Source: Aquificaceae bacterium
GTDB taxonomy: Bacteria > Aquificota > Aquificia > Aquificales > Aquificaceae
Assembly: GCA_037925075.1 (NCBI GenBank)
Contig: JAXSNR010000002.1
Location: forward strand, 288,001-352,000
Reading direction: 5' to 3'
Length of the DNA: 64,000 nt
A program made the position numbers and the translations under genes. Of the stretch, positions 49,786 through 59,833 are shown piece by piece. The notes under the pieces were generated by a model. That model had not been told where the DNA came from. It made no database searches and was given only the letters and a program-made list of their open reading frames with translations. Position 1 is the stretch's first letter. Each line of letters starts with the position of its first letter.

Positions 49786-50459
49786 ATATAGCCCTCCCTT
49801 CTGAGGGATACATACCCTTTTTTGCTTACTATAAGATGGTCAAGAAGTTCAAAGCCCATAAGCTGGCAAGCCTCTTTGAACCTTTTTGTAAAGTCTATGT
49901 CTTCTTTTGAAGGCTTTGGCTCACCTTGTGGATGGTTGTGGGCTATAAGGATAGAGTGGGATGCGGTGTTTATGGCATGGTAGAGAATCTCCTTTGGCTC
50001 CGCATGTAGGGCGTTCATCCTGCCTATGGCTATGACCTCATGGGTTATTAGCTTGTTGGTGGGTGAAAGGTAAAGGGCTATAAGGTGTTCCCGCCTTTCA
50101 TCCACCATGTTCTTTAAGAACCTGTATGCATCCTCTGGGTTGTTTATAAAAATACCTTCATAAGGGTCGCTTATCCTCTTTGCAAGCTCTATTATTGCCT
50201 TTATCTGACATGCCTTCGCCTCCCCTATACCCTTAAAGCTTTTAATCACATCTTCTGCGGTCATTTTGCTGAGCCTCTCCCACCCCATTTTTATTATTTC
50301 ACTGGAAAGATTAAGCACATCCATATCCCTTGTGCCAGACCCAAGTATAAGGGCTAAGAGCTCCTCCTCTGTTAAGCTCTCAGCCCCCATCTTGAGCATC
50401 TTTTCTCTCGGCTTTAGGTCTTCTGGTAGTTCCCTTAGACTCCTAACCTTCTTATACAT
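49782..50459 (-). CDS. radC: RadC/JAB domain protein
   Basis: PREK, ELLALILGSG, GIGEAKA, HNHP.G..PS.ED, LDH. Confidence 0.94.
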   Translation of the reverse strand: MYKKVRSLRELPEDLKPREKMLKMGAESLTEEELLALILGSGTRDMDVLNLSSEIIKMGWERLSKMTAEDVIKSFKGIGEAKACQIKAIIELAKRISDPYEGIFINNPEDAYRFLKNMVDERREHLIALYLSPTNKLITHEVIAIGRMNALHAEPKEILYHAINTASHSILIAHNHPQGEPKPSKEDIDFTKRFKEACQLMGFELLDHLIVSKKGYVSLRREGYM

Positions 50460-51675
50460 GCCTTTCTATCCTTACTTTTGTAATTCTTCTCTCATCCTTT
50501 TGAAGCACCTTAAACCTGTAGCCCTCATGTTCTACCACCTGCCCCTTTTCAGGAAGACCTTTTAGCATAAAGGAAAGAAAGCCACTCAAGGTGGTATAAG
50601 GTCCCTCTGGGAGTTTGATGCTTAGTAGCCTTTCCACCTTTTCCTTTTCAATACCACCCTCCGCTATCCATATGTCCCTTTCTATCTCCACCATGTCCTC
50701 ATATTCTTCTGTGTTTTCCTCAGATAGACCGCCTATTAGAAAGCTTTGTATGTCATCCCACGTGATTATACCCAAGAGGTTTCCCCTCTCATCCACCACA
50801 ACACCCATGTGTTCCTTGCTTGTTTTGAAAAATTCAAAGACCTTATCGAGGGTCGTGAATTCTGAAAAGTAATGAACGGGTCTTATGAGCTCTCTTATAA
50901 ACCTTGCGTGTCTGTTTTGCACCAAGTCAAACAGGTCCACGTATCCCACTATCTGGTCAACTCTTCTCCTGTATACGGGAAGCCTCCTATACTGGCTTTC
51001 TTTTACGAGCTCCATAACCTGTTCAAGGCTGGCGTTTTCCTCCACCATGACCACCTCTTTGATGGGCTTTATCTCCTCTGTCACAAACAGGTCTTTGATG
51101 GTTATAATCTGGAGGGCTATACGTATGCTTTCTTCTCTGAGTGCGGTTTCTTCCATAAGCTTTATAAGGTCTTCTTTTTGTAGTCTCTCCTGGTATTTTT
51201 CCTTAAGGGTGTTGGTGATAAACCTACTTACTCCTCTTGCAAGGATGAGAACTGGTTGTGTAAAGGTTTTTAGCTTACTAAGAACCCAAAGGGATGGGAA
51301 AATTACCCTCTCCGCATGCTTCTGAAATAGACTTTTTGGCAAAAGTTCCCCAAAGATTAGAGTAAAAGCTACAAGACTTGCAGAAAATAGCACCTCAAAG
51401 CCCTTTATAAAAGGTATGTAGTCGGCAAGTTCTATAACCGCCAATGTATAAAAAGTGGAAGCAAAGACTATACTGACCGTATAACCGAGCATAGTAAGAG
51501 TTATGTAATCTTCTGGGTTTTGGTAAAAGTCTCTTAAAAACTCTTGCTTTGTCCTTCTGTATAGATTCATAATCCTCCCCTTGTCCACGCTAACAAGTGC
51601 TAGTTCAGAACCAGCAAAAAACGCCTCGAGCAAGACAAAGAAAAATACTCCAAGAAGAAAGCCTAATATCTCCAT
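50452..51675 (-). CDS. CNNM/CBS/CorC (HlyC-like) transporter
   Basis: AFFAGSELAL, FGELLPK, CBS pair, VVDERG, YTTLSG. Confidence 0.92.
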   Translation of the reverse strand: MEILGFLLGVFFFVLLEAFFAGSELALVSVDKGRIMNLYRRTKQEFLRDFYQNPEDYITLTMLGYTVSIVFASTFYTLAVIELADYIPFIKGFEVLFSASLVAFTLIFGELLPKSLFQKHAERVIFPSLWVLSKLKTFTQPVLILARGVSRFITNTLKEKYQERLQKEDLIKLMEETALREESIRIALQIITIKDLFVTEEIKPIKEVVMVEENASLEQVMELVKESQYRRLPVYRRRVDQIVGYVDLFDLVQNRHARFIRELIRPVHYFSEFTTLDKVFEFFKTSKEHMGVVVDERGNLLGIITWDDIQSFLIGGLSEENTEEYEDMVEIERDIWIAEGGIEKEKVERLLSIKLPEGPYTTLSGFLSFMLKGLPEKGQVVEHEGYRFKVLQKDERRITKVRIERHV

Positions 51676-52478
51676 GCAAGCACCACCCTGTCCTGTCCTG
51701 AATAATCCTTTAAGATATCCACGCTAAACCCTCTTTTTTCAAAAATTCTTTTTACAACCTCTCCTTGGTCATGTCCTATCTCAAGGGCTAAAAGCCCCTC
51801 AGGCTTGAGGTAGTCCCCAACAGCGTCAGATATTCTCTCATAAAACTCCCAACCCTTTTCTCCACCTATTAGAGATGTATAGCCTTCAAGTTTTACACCT
51901 TTTGGAAGCCTTTCCCAGTGGCCTTGTGGAATGTAGGGTGGGTTTGAAACAATAAGGTCAAAGGGATAGGGCTTTAAAGCTTTAAAGAGGTCTCCTGCAA
52001 ATAGGAATAGCCTGTCCGAAACTCCGTGCCTTATGGCGTTTTTCCTTGAAAGCTTTAATGCCTTAATGTTTATATCGTTTCCCACCATACGAAGGTTTGG
52101 CTTGTGATAAAGCAAGCTTACACTTATACATCCCGTACCTACACCCAGCTCAAGACCAAACAATGGCTTACTTTCTGACAGTCTTTTTAAAACCTCTTCT
52201 ACGAGCACCTCCGTTTCCGGTCTTGGTATAAGGACTCCCTCCTCTAGAAAAAAGCTAAGACCAAAAAACTCCCATTCTCCCAGTATGTACTGAAGGGGAT
52301 ATCCCTCTTCAAGTAGTTTAAGCTCTTTGAAAAGTCTCTCTTCCACCTCAGCGGGGACCTCAAGGTCCTCCATGAGATATAGCTCCTTATGGCTTTTTTT
52401 CAGAAGGTGTGCCAGGAGGAGGGTTTTGTCCCTGAGGGATGCTTTGCTGGGTTTGAGAAGGAGGTCTCGTAGCTTCAT
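51663..52478 (-). CDS. prmC: Release factor glutamine methyltransferase
   Basis: PLQYILG, VLIPRPETE, LGVGTG, SNPPY. Confidence 0.96.
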   Translation of the reverse strand: MKLRDLLLKPSKASLRDKTLLLAHLLKKSHKELYLMEDLEVPAEVEERLFKELKLLEEGYPLQYILGEWEFFGLSFFLEEGVLIPRPETEVLVEEVLKRLSESKPLFGLELGVGTGCISVSLLYHKPNLRMVGNDINIKALKLSRKNAIRHGVSDRLFLFAGDLFKALKPYPFDLIVSNPPYIPQGHWERLPKGVKLEGYTSLIGGEKGWEFYERISDAVGDYLKPEGLLALEIGHDQGEVVKRIFEKRGFSVDILKDYSGQDRVVLAWRY

Positions 52479-52722
52479 CCTTTATAAGTGAGCCTTTTTT
52501 TGAAGGGTGTGTAAGGGCAAGAAGGATGGCTATTGCCATCAGGGAAAATCCAAGCCAGTAGGTGATTTTTGTGAGGATGGTATCTACTCCACCCGGTCCA
52601 AACACGCCCTGTCCCATCCCACCGAAGGCACTTCCCACATCCCCCCTGCTCCTTTGCATAAGAACAACCGCAATGAGCAAGAGGGCAACGATAACAAAAA
52701 GCGTAAGTAAAAGGTAATACAT
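52387..52722 (-). CDS. secG: Preprotein translocase subunit SecG
   Basis: VLMQ..GDVGSAFGG..FG...LTKIT; two TM helices. Confidence 0.92.
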   Translation of the reverse strand: MYYLLLTLFVIVALLLIAVVLMQRSRGDVGSAFGGMGQGVFGPGGVDTILTKITYWLGFSLMAIAILLALTHPSKKGSLIKDEATRPPSQTQQSIPQGQNPPPGTPSEKKP

Positions 52723-52730
52723 AACTACTA

Positions 52731-53390
52731 TTATACAACCAGCGTACCGGCCTTTAATCGGTATATTCTGTCAAAGTAGGGCTTTAGCTCCTCGTTATGG
52801 GTTGCTACAATAAGGGTAAGTCCTTTCTCTTCCCTTAGCTTTAGGAAAAGGTCAAAGATCCTTTTACCCTCCGCAAGGTCAAGGTTGCCCGTGGGCTCAT
52901 CCGCAAGCAAGATCTTTGGCTCAAGCATTAAAGCTCTTCCTATGGCTACTCTCTGTTGTTCTCCTCCTGAAAGCTGGCCTGGCCTGTGCCTTAGCCTGTG
53001 TTCAAGCCTTAGGTATTCAAGTATCTGCAAAGCCTTTTCTTCTGGTTTTTTTAAGCCTGCTAACTGTCCCACAAGAGTTAGGTTTTCTAAAACATCAAAG
53101 TCCTCAAGTAGATGGTAAAACTGAAAGACAAAGCCCATGTATTTTTGCCTAAAGGATGCAAGCTGATCTTCTTCCATTTGTTCTATGTTGTGTCCCATAA
53201 CGAAAACCTGTCCTTTCGTCGGCTTTTCCAGTCCTGCGGTTATGTGAAGCAAGGTGCTTTTGCCAGAGCCAGAGGGTCCCATAAGACCCACCACCTCACC
53301 CTCAAAGACTTCCAAACTCACACCTTTTAAAGCCTCTGTTCCGTTTTGATAGACTTTCCAGAGGTCTGTTATCTGTATCGTTCTATTCAT
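52731..53390 (-). CDS. lolD: LolD-like ABC ATPase
   Basis: GPSGSGKST, GFVFQ, LSGGEQQR, ADEPTGNLD. Confidence 0.85.
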   Translation of the reverse strand: MNRTIQITDLWKVYQNGTEALKGVSLEVFEGEVVGLMGPSGSGKSTLLHITAGLEKPTKGQVFVMGHNIEQMEEDQLASFRQKYMGFVFQFYHLLEDFDVLENLTLVGQLAGLKKPEEKALQILEYLRLEHRLRHRPGQLSGGEQQRVAIGRALMLEPKILLADEPTGNLDLAEGKRIFDLFLKLREEKGLTLIVATHNEELKPYFDRIYRLKAGTLVV

Positions 53391-54543
53391 TCCTTAAAAC
53401 CTTAACTATGCTCTCCCTTCCCGCTTTGTAGGCGGGCAGAAGGCTTGCAAAAAGAGAAAGCACAACCGCACCGATCAAAGTGGAGATAACATCCATAATC
53501 TCAAAATAGACTGGCACGTGGTCCATAAGGTACACATCCGCCGGTACCCGGATTAGCCTGTATTCGTTTATAAGATAGCCTCCTACCAAGGAAAGTAAAA
53601 AACCTAAAAAAGCCCCGGAAATACCAAGCATAAAACCCTGAAGAAGAAAGATAAAAGCTACCTGCCTTCTTTTCAGACCAAAGGTCCTCAGAACCGCTAT
53701 ATCCTTTACCTTCTCCCTTACCTTCATAAAAAGAAGGCTCGTTATGTTAAAGGACGCTATCACTATCATAAGCATAAGCACAAAAAATATTCCCACCTTC
53801 TCAAGCTGTAGGGCGTTAAAAAGGGGCTTGTTTAGGTCTATCCACGAACGTACTATTGCCTCTTGCCCAAGCTTCTTTTCTATTTGCTCCTTTACCTGCT
53901 GAGCTTTGTAAGGGTCTTTTAGGTATATTTCATATCCAAAAAGCTGGTAGCTTTCACCAAAAAAATCTACGGCGGTTTCCTTTTCCATAACCACAGTGGC
54001 GTAATCTTGGTCAAAGACTCCCTTTTGGAATATACCTTCCACCTTAAAGGCCCTTGCCCTTGGAAGCATACCAAAAGGAGTGCGTATTCCCATAGGTGAT
54101 AATACCATCACCTCCTCTCCCACTCCTCTCCCAATTATGTCCGCAAGCCCTCTGCCTATAAGTATACCGTCCTTTAAGTTTAGCCCGTACATCTGATAAG
54201 CTTCCTTTGGATCAAGAGCCTTTACGCTTACGCTGGTTAGTTTACTTCCTTCTGATATTAGCCCGTTGTAAAGTACAAGAGTGTATACCCTTTCCACTCC
54301 ATTTATCTTATTCAAGCTAACACGGTAATCTTTATCCTTGTTTAAAAGGCTAACTATTATATGTGGCGATGCGGAGAGTATTTTTTCTCTCAAAGCCTTC
54401 TGAAAGCCCGCAAAAACACCCATGGTAAGCAAGAGAGCACTAACGCTTAGAACAACCCCTAAAAAGGCTATTAGAGAAACAAGAAGAGTAGACCCTTTGC
54501 TGGATAGGAGATATCTTATGGATAGCTTGAAGATAGGTCTCAT
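53383..54543 (-). CDS. LolC/E-like ABC permease
   Basis: GVVLSV, FNI..L.M.V.EK..DIAVLRT.G, VY.M..VP, PA.KA. Confidence 0.88.
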   Translation of the reverse strand: MRPIFKLSIRYLLSSKGSTLLVSLIAFLGVVLSVSALLLTMGVFAGFQKALREKILSASPHIIVSLLNKDKDYRVSLNKINGVERVYTLVLYNGLISEGSKLTSVSVKALDPKEAYQMYGLNLKDGILIGRGLADIIGRGVGEEVMVLSPMGIRTPFGMLPRARAFKVEGIFQKGVFDQDYATVVMEKETAVDFFGESYQLFGYEIYLKDPYKAQQVKEQIEKKLGQEAIVRSWIDLNKPLFNALQLEKVGIFFVLMLMIVIASFNITSLLFMKVREKVKDIAVLRTFGLKRRQVAFIFLLQGFMLGISGAFLGFLLSLVGGYLINEYRLIRVPADVYLMDHVPVYFEIMDVISTLIGAVVLSLFASLLPAYKAGRESIVKVLRNE

Positions 54544-55232
54544 ATTAACCTAAGCTGTTCCAGTATTTCCCTTTGCCTTCGCATTACATATTTTCTTATC
54601 TTCCTAGTTTCTTCCTCCTTAGGGTTTATCTTAAAACCAAGCCTCACATATAGGTCTTCCTTCTTGCTTATTATGTTTTTTAACTCTCCTTGTGCCCTTA
54701 CAACTCCTTCTCTGGGAAGCTCTATTTCAATTTCAAAAGGGGTATGTATTTTGGACGCATCCGTGGCTATCTGTGATAGAATATCCATGAGTTTTGTTGT
54801 ATCCTCTTTGCGAAGTAAAATGCCAACTCCAGATTCGCTTACGTCTGCAGCTTTTGCTCTTACTATGCAGTTATCTTCCACGCAAAAAGAGACATAAACA
54901 GGCTCCTTTTCTGTGGGTTCAACTCTTATGAACTCCCTCAGCACTACGGGCGGAGCTGGTACTGGCTGATCAACTTCAAGAACCAGCTCATCTCTTACAC
55001 TGCTAAAAACTTTGCACATAAGGAACAACTCTTTTACCTTTATGTAAACAGGAACCGTGTCTGAAAAGACCCGCCTAAATTTACAGTCTCTGGAATCAAA
55101 GCTTACAAACCTTTCCTGAGGTGAGACCCATCTTACCGAAAGTTTTACCCTTATGGGTATTTGCCTCCACGATGTAATCACTTCACAAGACCTTTCCTTA
55201 TCCAGCTCTTTAAGTATGTCCGTTAATGTCAC
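54540..55232 (-). CDS. PilZ domain protein
   Basis: REFIR (RxxxR), DVSESG (DxSxxG), YVMRRQRE C-terminus. Confidence 0.8.
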   Translation of the reverse strand: MTLTDILKELDKERSCEVITSWRQIPIRVKLSVRWVSPQERFVSFDSRDCKFRRVFSDTVPVYIKVKELFLMCKVFSSVRDELVLEVDQPVPAPPVVLREFIRVEPTEKEPVYVSFCVEDNCIVRAKAADVSESGVGILLRKEDTTKLMDILSQIATDASKIHTPFEIEIELPREGVVRAQGELKNIISKKEDLYVRLGFKINPKEEETRKIRKYVMRRQREILEQLRLI

Positions 55233-56179
55233 AGTTTTATTATACCTTCCTCGGTTATTATTGCGGTTATGTTCTCTGGTGGAGTTATGTCAAAGGCTAG
55301 GTGAAGGGCGGGAGAGCCTTCGGGAGCGATAGGAATACCTTTTATAAACTTTACTTCCCTTTCGTCCCTTTCTTCTATAACTATACTTTCTACTGTGGTA
55401 TAACCCTGGTCAAAGGTGGATTTGGGTGCCACCACATAAAAGGGTATTCCGTGAGCCTTTGCAAGCACCGAGAGGGTGTATGTTCCTATTTTGTTTGCCA
55501 CATGGTAATCCCTTGTTATCCTGTCTGCACCCACTAGGACGCAGTCCACCAAGCCCCTTTTCATAAGGAAGCCGGCGGTGGAGTCGGTGATTATCTCGTG
55601 GGGGATGTTTTCCTTTAAAAGCTCCCAGGCGGTAAGCCTTGAGCCCTGAAGGTAAGGCCTTGTTTCATCAACCCATACGAATATGTTTTTACCCGCGTAG
55701 TGGGATGATCTGATAACTCCAAGGGCTGTACCCCAGCCAGCGGTTGCCAAAGCTCCAGTGTTGCAATGGGTCAGTATCCTTGCTCCCTTAGGAATCAGTT
55801 CCTGCCCTATGTCTCCCATTCTTCTGTTTGCCCTGTAGTCTTCCTCTTCTATAGCCCTTGCCTCCGCTTCTATGTCTTTGCCCTCTTCAAGTGCTTTTTT
55901 CATCCTGTCAAGAGCCCAGAAAAGATTGTATGCGGTGGGTCTTGTGTTTTTAAGAGTTTCATAGACCTTTGTGGGGTCTTCTCCAGATTTTACCCCAAGC
56001 ACAAAACCATAGGCAGCAACACATCCGATTGCAGGTGCTCCCCTTACAGCCATGTCCTTTATGGCTTGAGCGACTTCTCTGTAGCCTTTGAGGTTCAGCC
56101 ATACTTCCCTGTCGGGAAGCTCTCTCTGGTCCAGCAGTTCTAGAACATCACCCTTCCAGTAAAAGGCTTTAATTTCCAT
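55229..56179 (-). CDS. mtnA: Methylthioribose-1-phosphate isomerase
   Basis: LDQR.LP, VRGAPAIG, THCNTGALAT, ETRP, GADRI, NKIGT; start placed at MEIKAF. Confidence 0.96.
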   Translation of the reverse strand: MEIKAFYWKGDVLELLDQRELPDREVWLNLKGYREVAQAIKDMAVRGAPAIGCVAAYGFVLGVKSGEDPTKVYETLKNTRPTAYNLFWALDRMKKALEEGKDIEAEARAIEEEDYRANRRMGDIGQELIPKGARILTHCNTGALATAGWGTALGVIRSSHYAGKNIFVWVDETRPYLQGSRLTAWELLKENIPHEIITDSTAGFLMKRGLVDCVLVGADRITRDYHVANKIGTYTLSVLAKAHGIPFYVVAPKSTFDQGYTTVESIVIEERDEREVKFIKGIPIAPEGSPALHLAFDITPPENITAIITEEGIIKL

Positions 56180-56234
56180 ATTAAACTTGAAAAATCCAAT
56201 ATAGGGGTTATAATTATACCACGAGGGGAGGAAA

Positions 56235-57587
56235 ATGGAAGCTAATACCATAAAGAGCTTAGTTCAGGAAGTTGGGATCAATCAAGGTTTCAATTCCAAA
56301 TATACGAACATATCCTTTGAAGAGGTCCTTCTTCAGGCTTTTGAAGAAATGGGTTCAAAGGAACAAGCACCTTCAGGGGAATTGAACAAGAATGAGCCAC
56401 TGGAAGGTCAATACATTTATACATTTCCATTGGTTGCTACGCCAATTTATCAGGCGGGTGTTAAGGGAAGTCAGATAATTTCAGAGGCTGACCTACTAAC
56501 AGGGGATATTCCCAATTCAAAGGCTTTTGAGGAAACTTTTCAAGACATCAAAAATGGTCCCTCTTTAATAATACCCTTAGAGAGTTTAGAAAGGACAAAC
56601 ATACAAATTTATGGTTTTTATCATTATGAGAAACCTATTGTTGAATACGAAAAACCTGTAAGTGAAACGTCAGTAAAACTTCAGGAGGGCACCACGAAGG
56701 CATATTAAAAGGGTACACGTCAAGAGTTATATAGCTATAATAAGGCGTTGGACGATAAAGAAGGTGTGGAGCATAACATTAATGCTATTTCAAAATCCCA
56801 TGAGCAGATTGTAAAAGTGTCTTATGAAAGGCCCGTTTCGGAAAAAGAACCGTTTTCCCCTGTAGCTACACGGTCCGAAGAAATGGCATATAGAAGTTTT
56901 TATCCAAGAACTTTCGACGTACCCAAGATGTTTAATGGAGAGATAAAGCAAAGCGAAAATGCAAGGCCTGAGCATGATAAGTTTATAGGTAGTAAATCCC
57001 TAAGTTTTATGAACATTGAAGAATTTAAAGTAAGCCCAGATTGTCTAGATGTGGAAGAGCCTTTTAAAACCTCTGAGGATGGTCCTTTTTCTCAGGTTTA
57101 TAAGTCAGTTAATCGTGATATAAAAGATTGGGGAGGCCTCCCTTGGAAAGGGTACGATGAAGAAGAAAAAGAGGTAAAATTGCTGGTGGAGGAACCTATA
57201 AACACCATGAGATTTAAGGAGGATGGTCCCCAGAAGGTGGAAAAGGTTGAAAAGCCTCAAACCCAGCCTCTTTATGAAATCAAGCGCATAAACATGTTTC
57301 TCGAAGAGGGTAGTGTAAGGTTGATGCTTTCTGGCGACAGGCTTAGGCTCTCTATAAATCTGAAAGAAGACTTATATATGCAACCAACTGCTTTTGAAAT
57401 TCAGAAGCTTGTTCAGTCTCTTCATAACCTTGGGCTAAACCTTGAGGTGCTAAAACTTAACGGAAGCAGTCTTTACAGCTCAGACCAAAGGCATGGACAA
57501 AAGAAGGAAGACAGAGAAAGAGCTCACCAGCTTTCTCTACCTGAATTTAAGGAAGAAAATCCAAAGAGCTTTAGTCTTTACCTTTGA
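56235..57587 (+). pseudogene. FliK-like (flagellar hook-length control) gene interrupted by one in-frame TAA at 56706-56708
   Basis: ORFs 56235-56708 and 56748-57587 share a frame and the gap is otherwise open; low-complexity body; C-terminus resembles FliK-C (family call tentative). Confidence 0.6.
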
Positions 57588-57664
57588 ACCTTAAAGAGTT
57601 TAGGTTTGAAAAATTACGAAAACTCCTATATTATACCTATAAAAAACAATAGGGGAGGTAAAGT

Positions 57665-58263
57665 ATGAAAAACTTAGGTCTTGCTTTGTTGTCCATAGCT
57701 TTTGTAGGCGTTTTGTCCTGCGGCGGGGGTGGTGGTTCTGGCAGTTCTCAACCTTCAGCAGGTGATGGTTCTGGTGGCTCTCAGCAAGCCCCTTTTACTC
57801 TATCTAGCAGTGCCTTTTCAGACGGTGGGAGGATTCCACAAAAGCATACATGCGATGGTGAAGATGTAAACCCACCCCTTACGTGGAGCAACCCACCGCA
57901 AGGAACCAAATCCTTTGTGATAGTTGTGGATGACCCAGACGCACAGCAAGTAGCAGGAATAGTATGGACCCACTGGGTCATATACGACATACCCGCAACA
58001 AGGACATCAATTGAAGAAGCTTTTCCAAAGCAGGCAGATGTTAATGGTATAAAGAGGGTCCTACGGACTTTGGTTCTGATAAGATAGGCTATTATGGACC
58101 ATGCCCGCCTCCGGGTAGGACACACACCTACAGGTTCACTATCTATGCGGTAAACAAGGACACCCTTGGTTTACCTCCTGGTGCTAATCTTATTCAGGTG
58201 AGGAATGCAATGCAGGGTAGTGTGCTCGGTGAGGTTACCATAAGGGGCACATACGGGCGTTAA
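57665..58263 (+). pseudogene. YbhB/YbcL (PEBP) family lipoprotein with a 1-nt frameshift near 58052
   Basis: Lipobox VLSC, DDPDA, WTHW in the first frame; GYYGPCPPPGRTHTYRFTIYA...GTYGR* continues in the -1 frame. Confidence 0.88.
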
Positions 58264-58323
58264 AAAGCTTCATTTAATTTGCAAAGCATCCTCTTGCGGG
58301 GGCTTTTGTGTTTTAAGTGGTTT

Positions 58324-59817
58324 TCATACTTTAAATATCCTTAACTTGCTTAGTATTTCAAGAAGCACCTTGGCAAAGTACACATTGGAGATAAAAGAAG
58401 CTATGGTGCCTATGGTGAGGGTGGTGGCAAAACCCTTCACCGGTCCACTTCCGAACTGGAAAAGTATGAGAGCGGCCACAAGGAGGGTTATATGAGTGTC
58501 CCACACGGCACTGAGGGTTCTCCTGTATCCCAATTCAATGGCTTTTCTCACACTGTTTCCAAGCCTTAGCTCTTCCTTTACCCTCTCAAAGATTAGCACG
58601 TTTGAGTCCACCGCTATGCCCATGTTTAGTATTATGCCAGCAATACCTGGGAGTGTAAGGGTTCCGCCGAGAAGCACAAGGCCTGCCCATAGCATGAGGG
58701 CATTCAAAATTATGGAAAAGGTGGCGGTGATGCCCGCGGTTTTGTATCTGGCTATGAGAACCACCACAAGAAGCAAAAAGCCCGCTATACCCGCTTTTAT
58801 TCCTTGCTCTATGGCATCCCTTCCCAAAGATGGACCCACTACGCTTTCCTGTAGGAACTGAACCTTCGTGGGAAGGGCACCAGCCCTCAGTACTATTGAG
58901 AGCTCCTTTACCTCTTCAGAGGTAAAGTTTCCACTTATCTGTCCTCTGTCGCTTATCCTACTTCTTATAACAGGTGCGGAGATTACCCTTTTGTCAAGTA
59001 CTATGGCAAGCCTTCTGCCTATGTTCTGCTCTGTGGCCTTTGCAAAAACCTCCGCACCCTTTGTGGTAAGTTCAAAGCCCACCGCCGGCATACCAAACTC
59101 ATCGGTGGTAGTGTAGGCGGTCTTAAGGTCCGCTCCAGTCACCACAGGAAGCTTTTCCACAAGAAACCACTCATTACCCATCTGGTCTGGTAGAAGCTCG
59201 TAGTCCCTTGTAAGCTTTTCCGAAAGGGCGTCCCTTTGTCCAGCATCCACAACCAACTTTAGCTCCAAGAGTGCGGTCTTCCCCACTATGGACTTTGCTC
59301 TTTGAATGTCCAAAACGCCAGGAAGCTCCACCAGTATCCTATCTGTGCCTATGCGTGTTATAACAGGTTGGACTACTCCAAGCTCGTCAATCCTTTTGCG
59401 AAGCACCTCTATGGTCTGTGTGAGCACACCACTTTTGAGACCCTCTAACTCTGTATCTTTAAACCTTATCAGTACTTCGCCCTTCTGCCTTCCTGCGACC
59501 GCAAACCTTGGAAACTCCTTTTCAAGTAGAGAAAGAAGCCTCGTATACTGTCCTTCCTCAACAAGCTCAACTTTTATACCCTCTTTACCTGCGACCACAT
59601 CAAGAACCTTTATTCCCTCTTCCCTGAGCTTTTTTTCTATATCCCTTGAGAGCCTTTCGTACTCCTGCTCAAGGCTGTAATCCATATCGGGCTGTATAAC
59701 CATGGATATACCGCCTCTTAGGTCAAGGCCAAGGTTTATTGGCTTTAGGACCACCACAGCCACAGAAAGAGACAGGACAAGTAACAGGAGCAAGAGGTTA
59801 ACTTTCAGGTCTTTCAT
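58324..59817 (-). CDS. secD: Protein translocase subunit SecD
   Basis: LGLDLRGG, RIDELGV, LRAGALP, VGPSLG, AVDSNVLIFER, GPVKGFA. Confidence 0.97.
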   Translation of the reverse strand: MKDLKVNLLLLLLVLSLSVAVVVLKPINLGLDLRGGISMVIQPDMDYSLEQEYERLSRDIEKKLREEGIKVLDVVAGKEGIKVELVEEGQYTRLLSLLEKEFPRFAVAGRQKGEVLIRFKDTELEGLKSGVLTQTIEVLRKRIDELGVVQPVITRIGTDRILVELPGVLDIQRAKSIVGKTALLELKLVVDAGQRDALSEKLTRDYELLPDQMGNEWFLVEKLPVVTGADLKTAYTTTDEFGMPAVGFELTTKGAEVFAKATEQNIGRRLAIVLDKRVISAPVIRSRISDRGQISGNFTSEEVKELSIVLRAGALPTKVQFLQESVVGPSLGRDAIEQGIKAGIAGFLLLVVVLIARYKTAGITATFSIILNALMLWAGLVLLGGTLTLPGIAGIILNMGIAVDSNVLIFERVKEELRLGNSVRKAIELGYRRTLSAVWDTHITLLVAALILFQFGSGPVKGFATTLTIGTIASFISNVYFAKVLLEILSKLRIFKV

Positions 59818-59833
59818 GTCTGATAAGAATATT

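Noticed and set aside
58045..58060. Programmed -1 frameshift in the YbhB gene
   Set aside because: T ATA AAG is not an X XXY YYZ site; a simple deletion or sequencing error is more parsimonious
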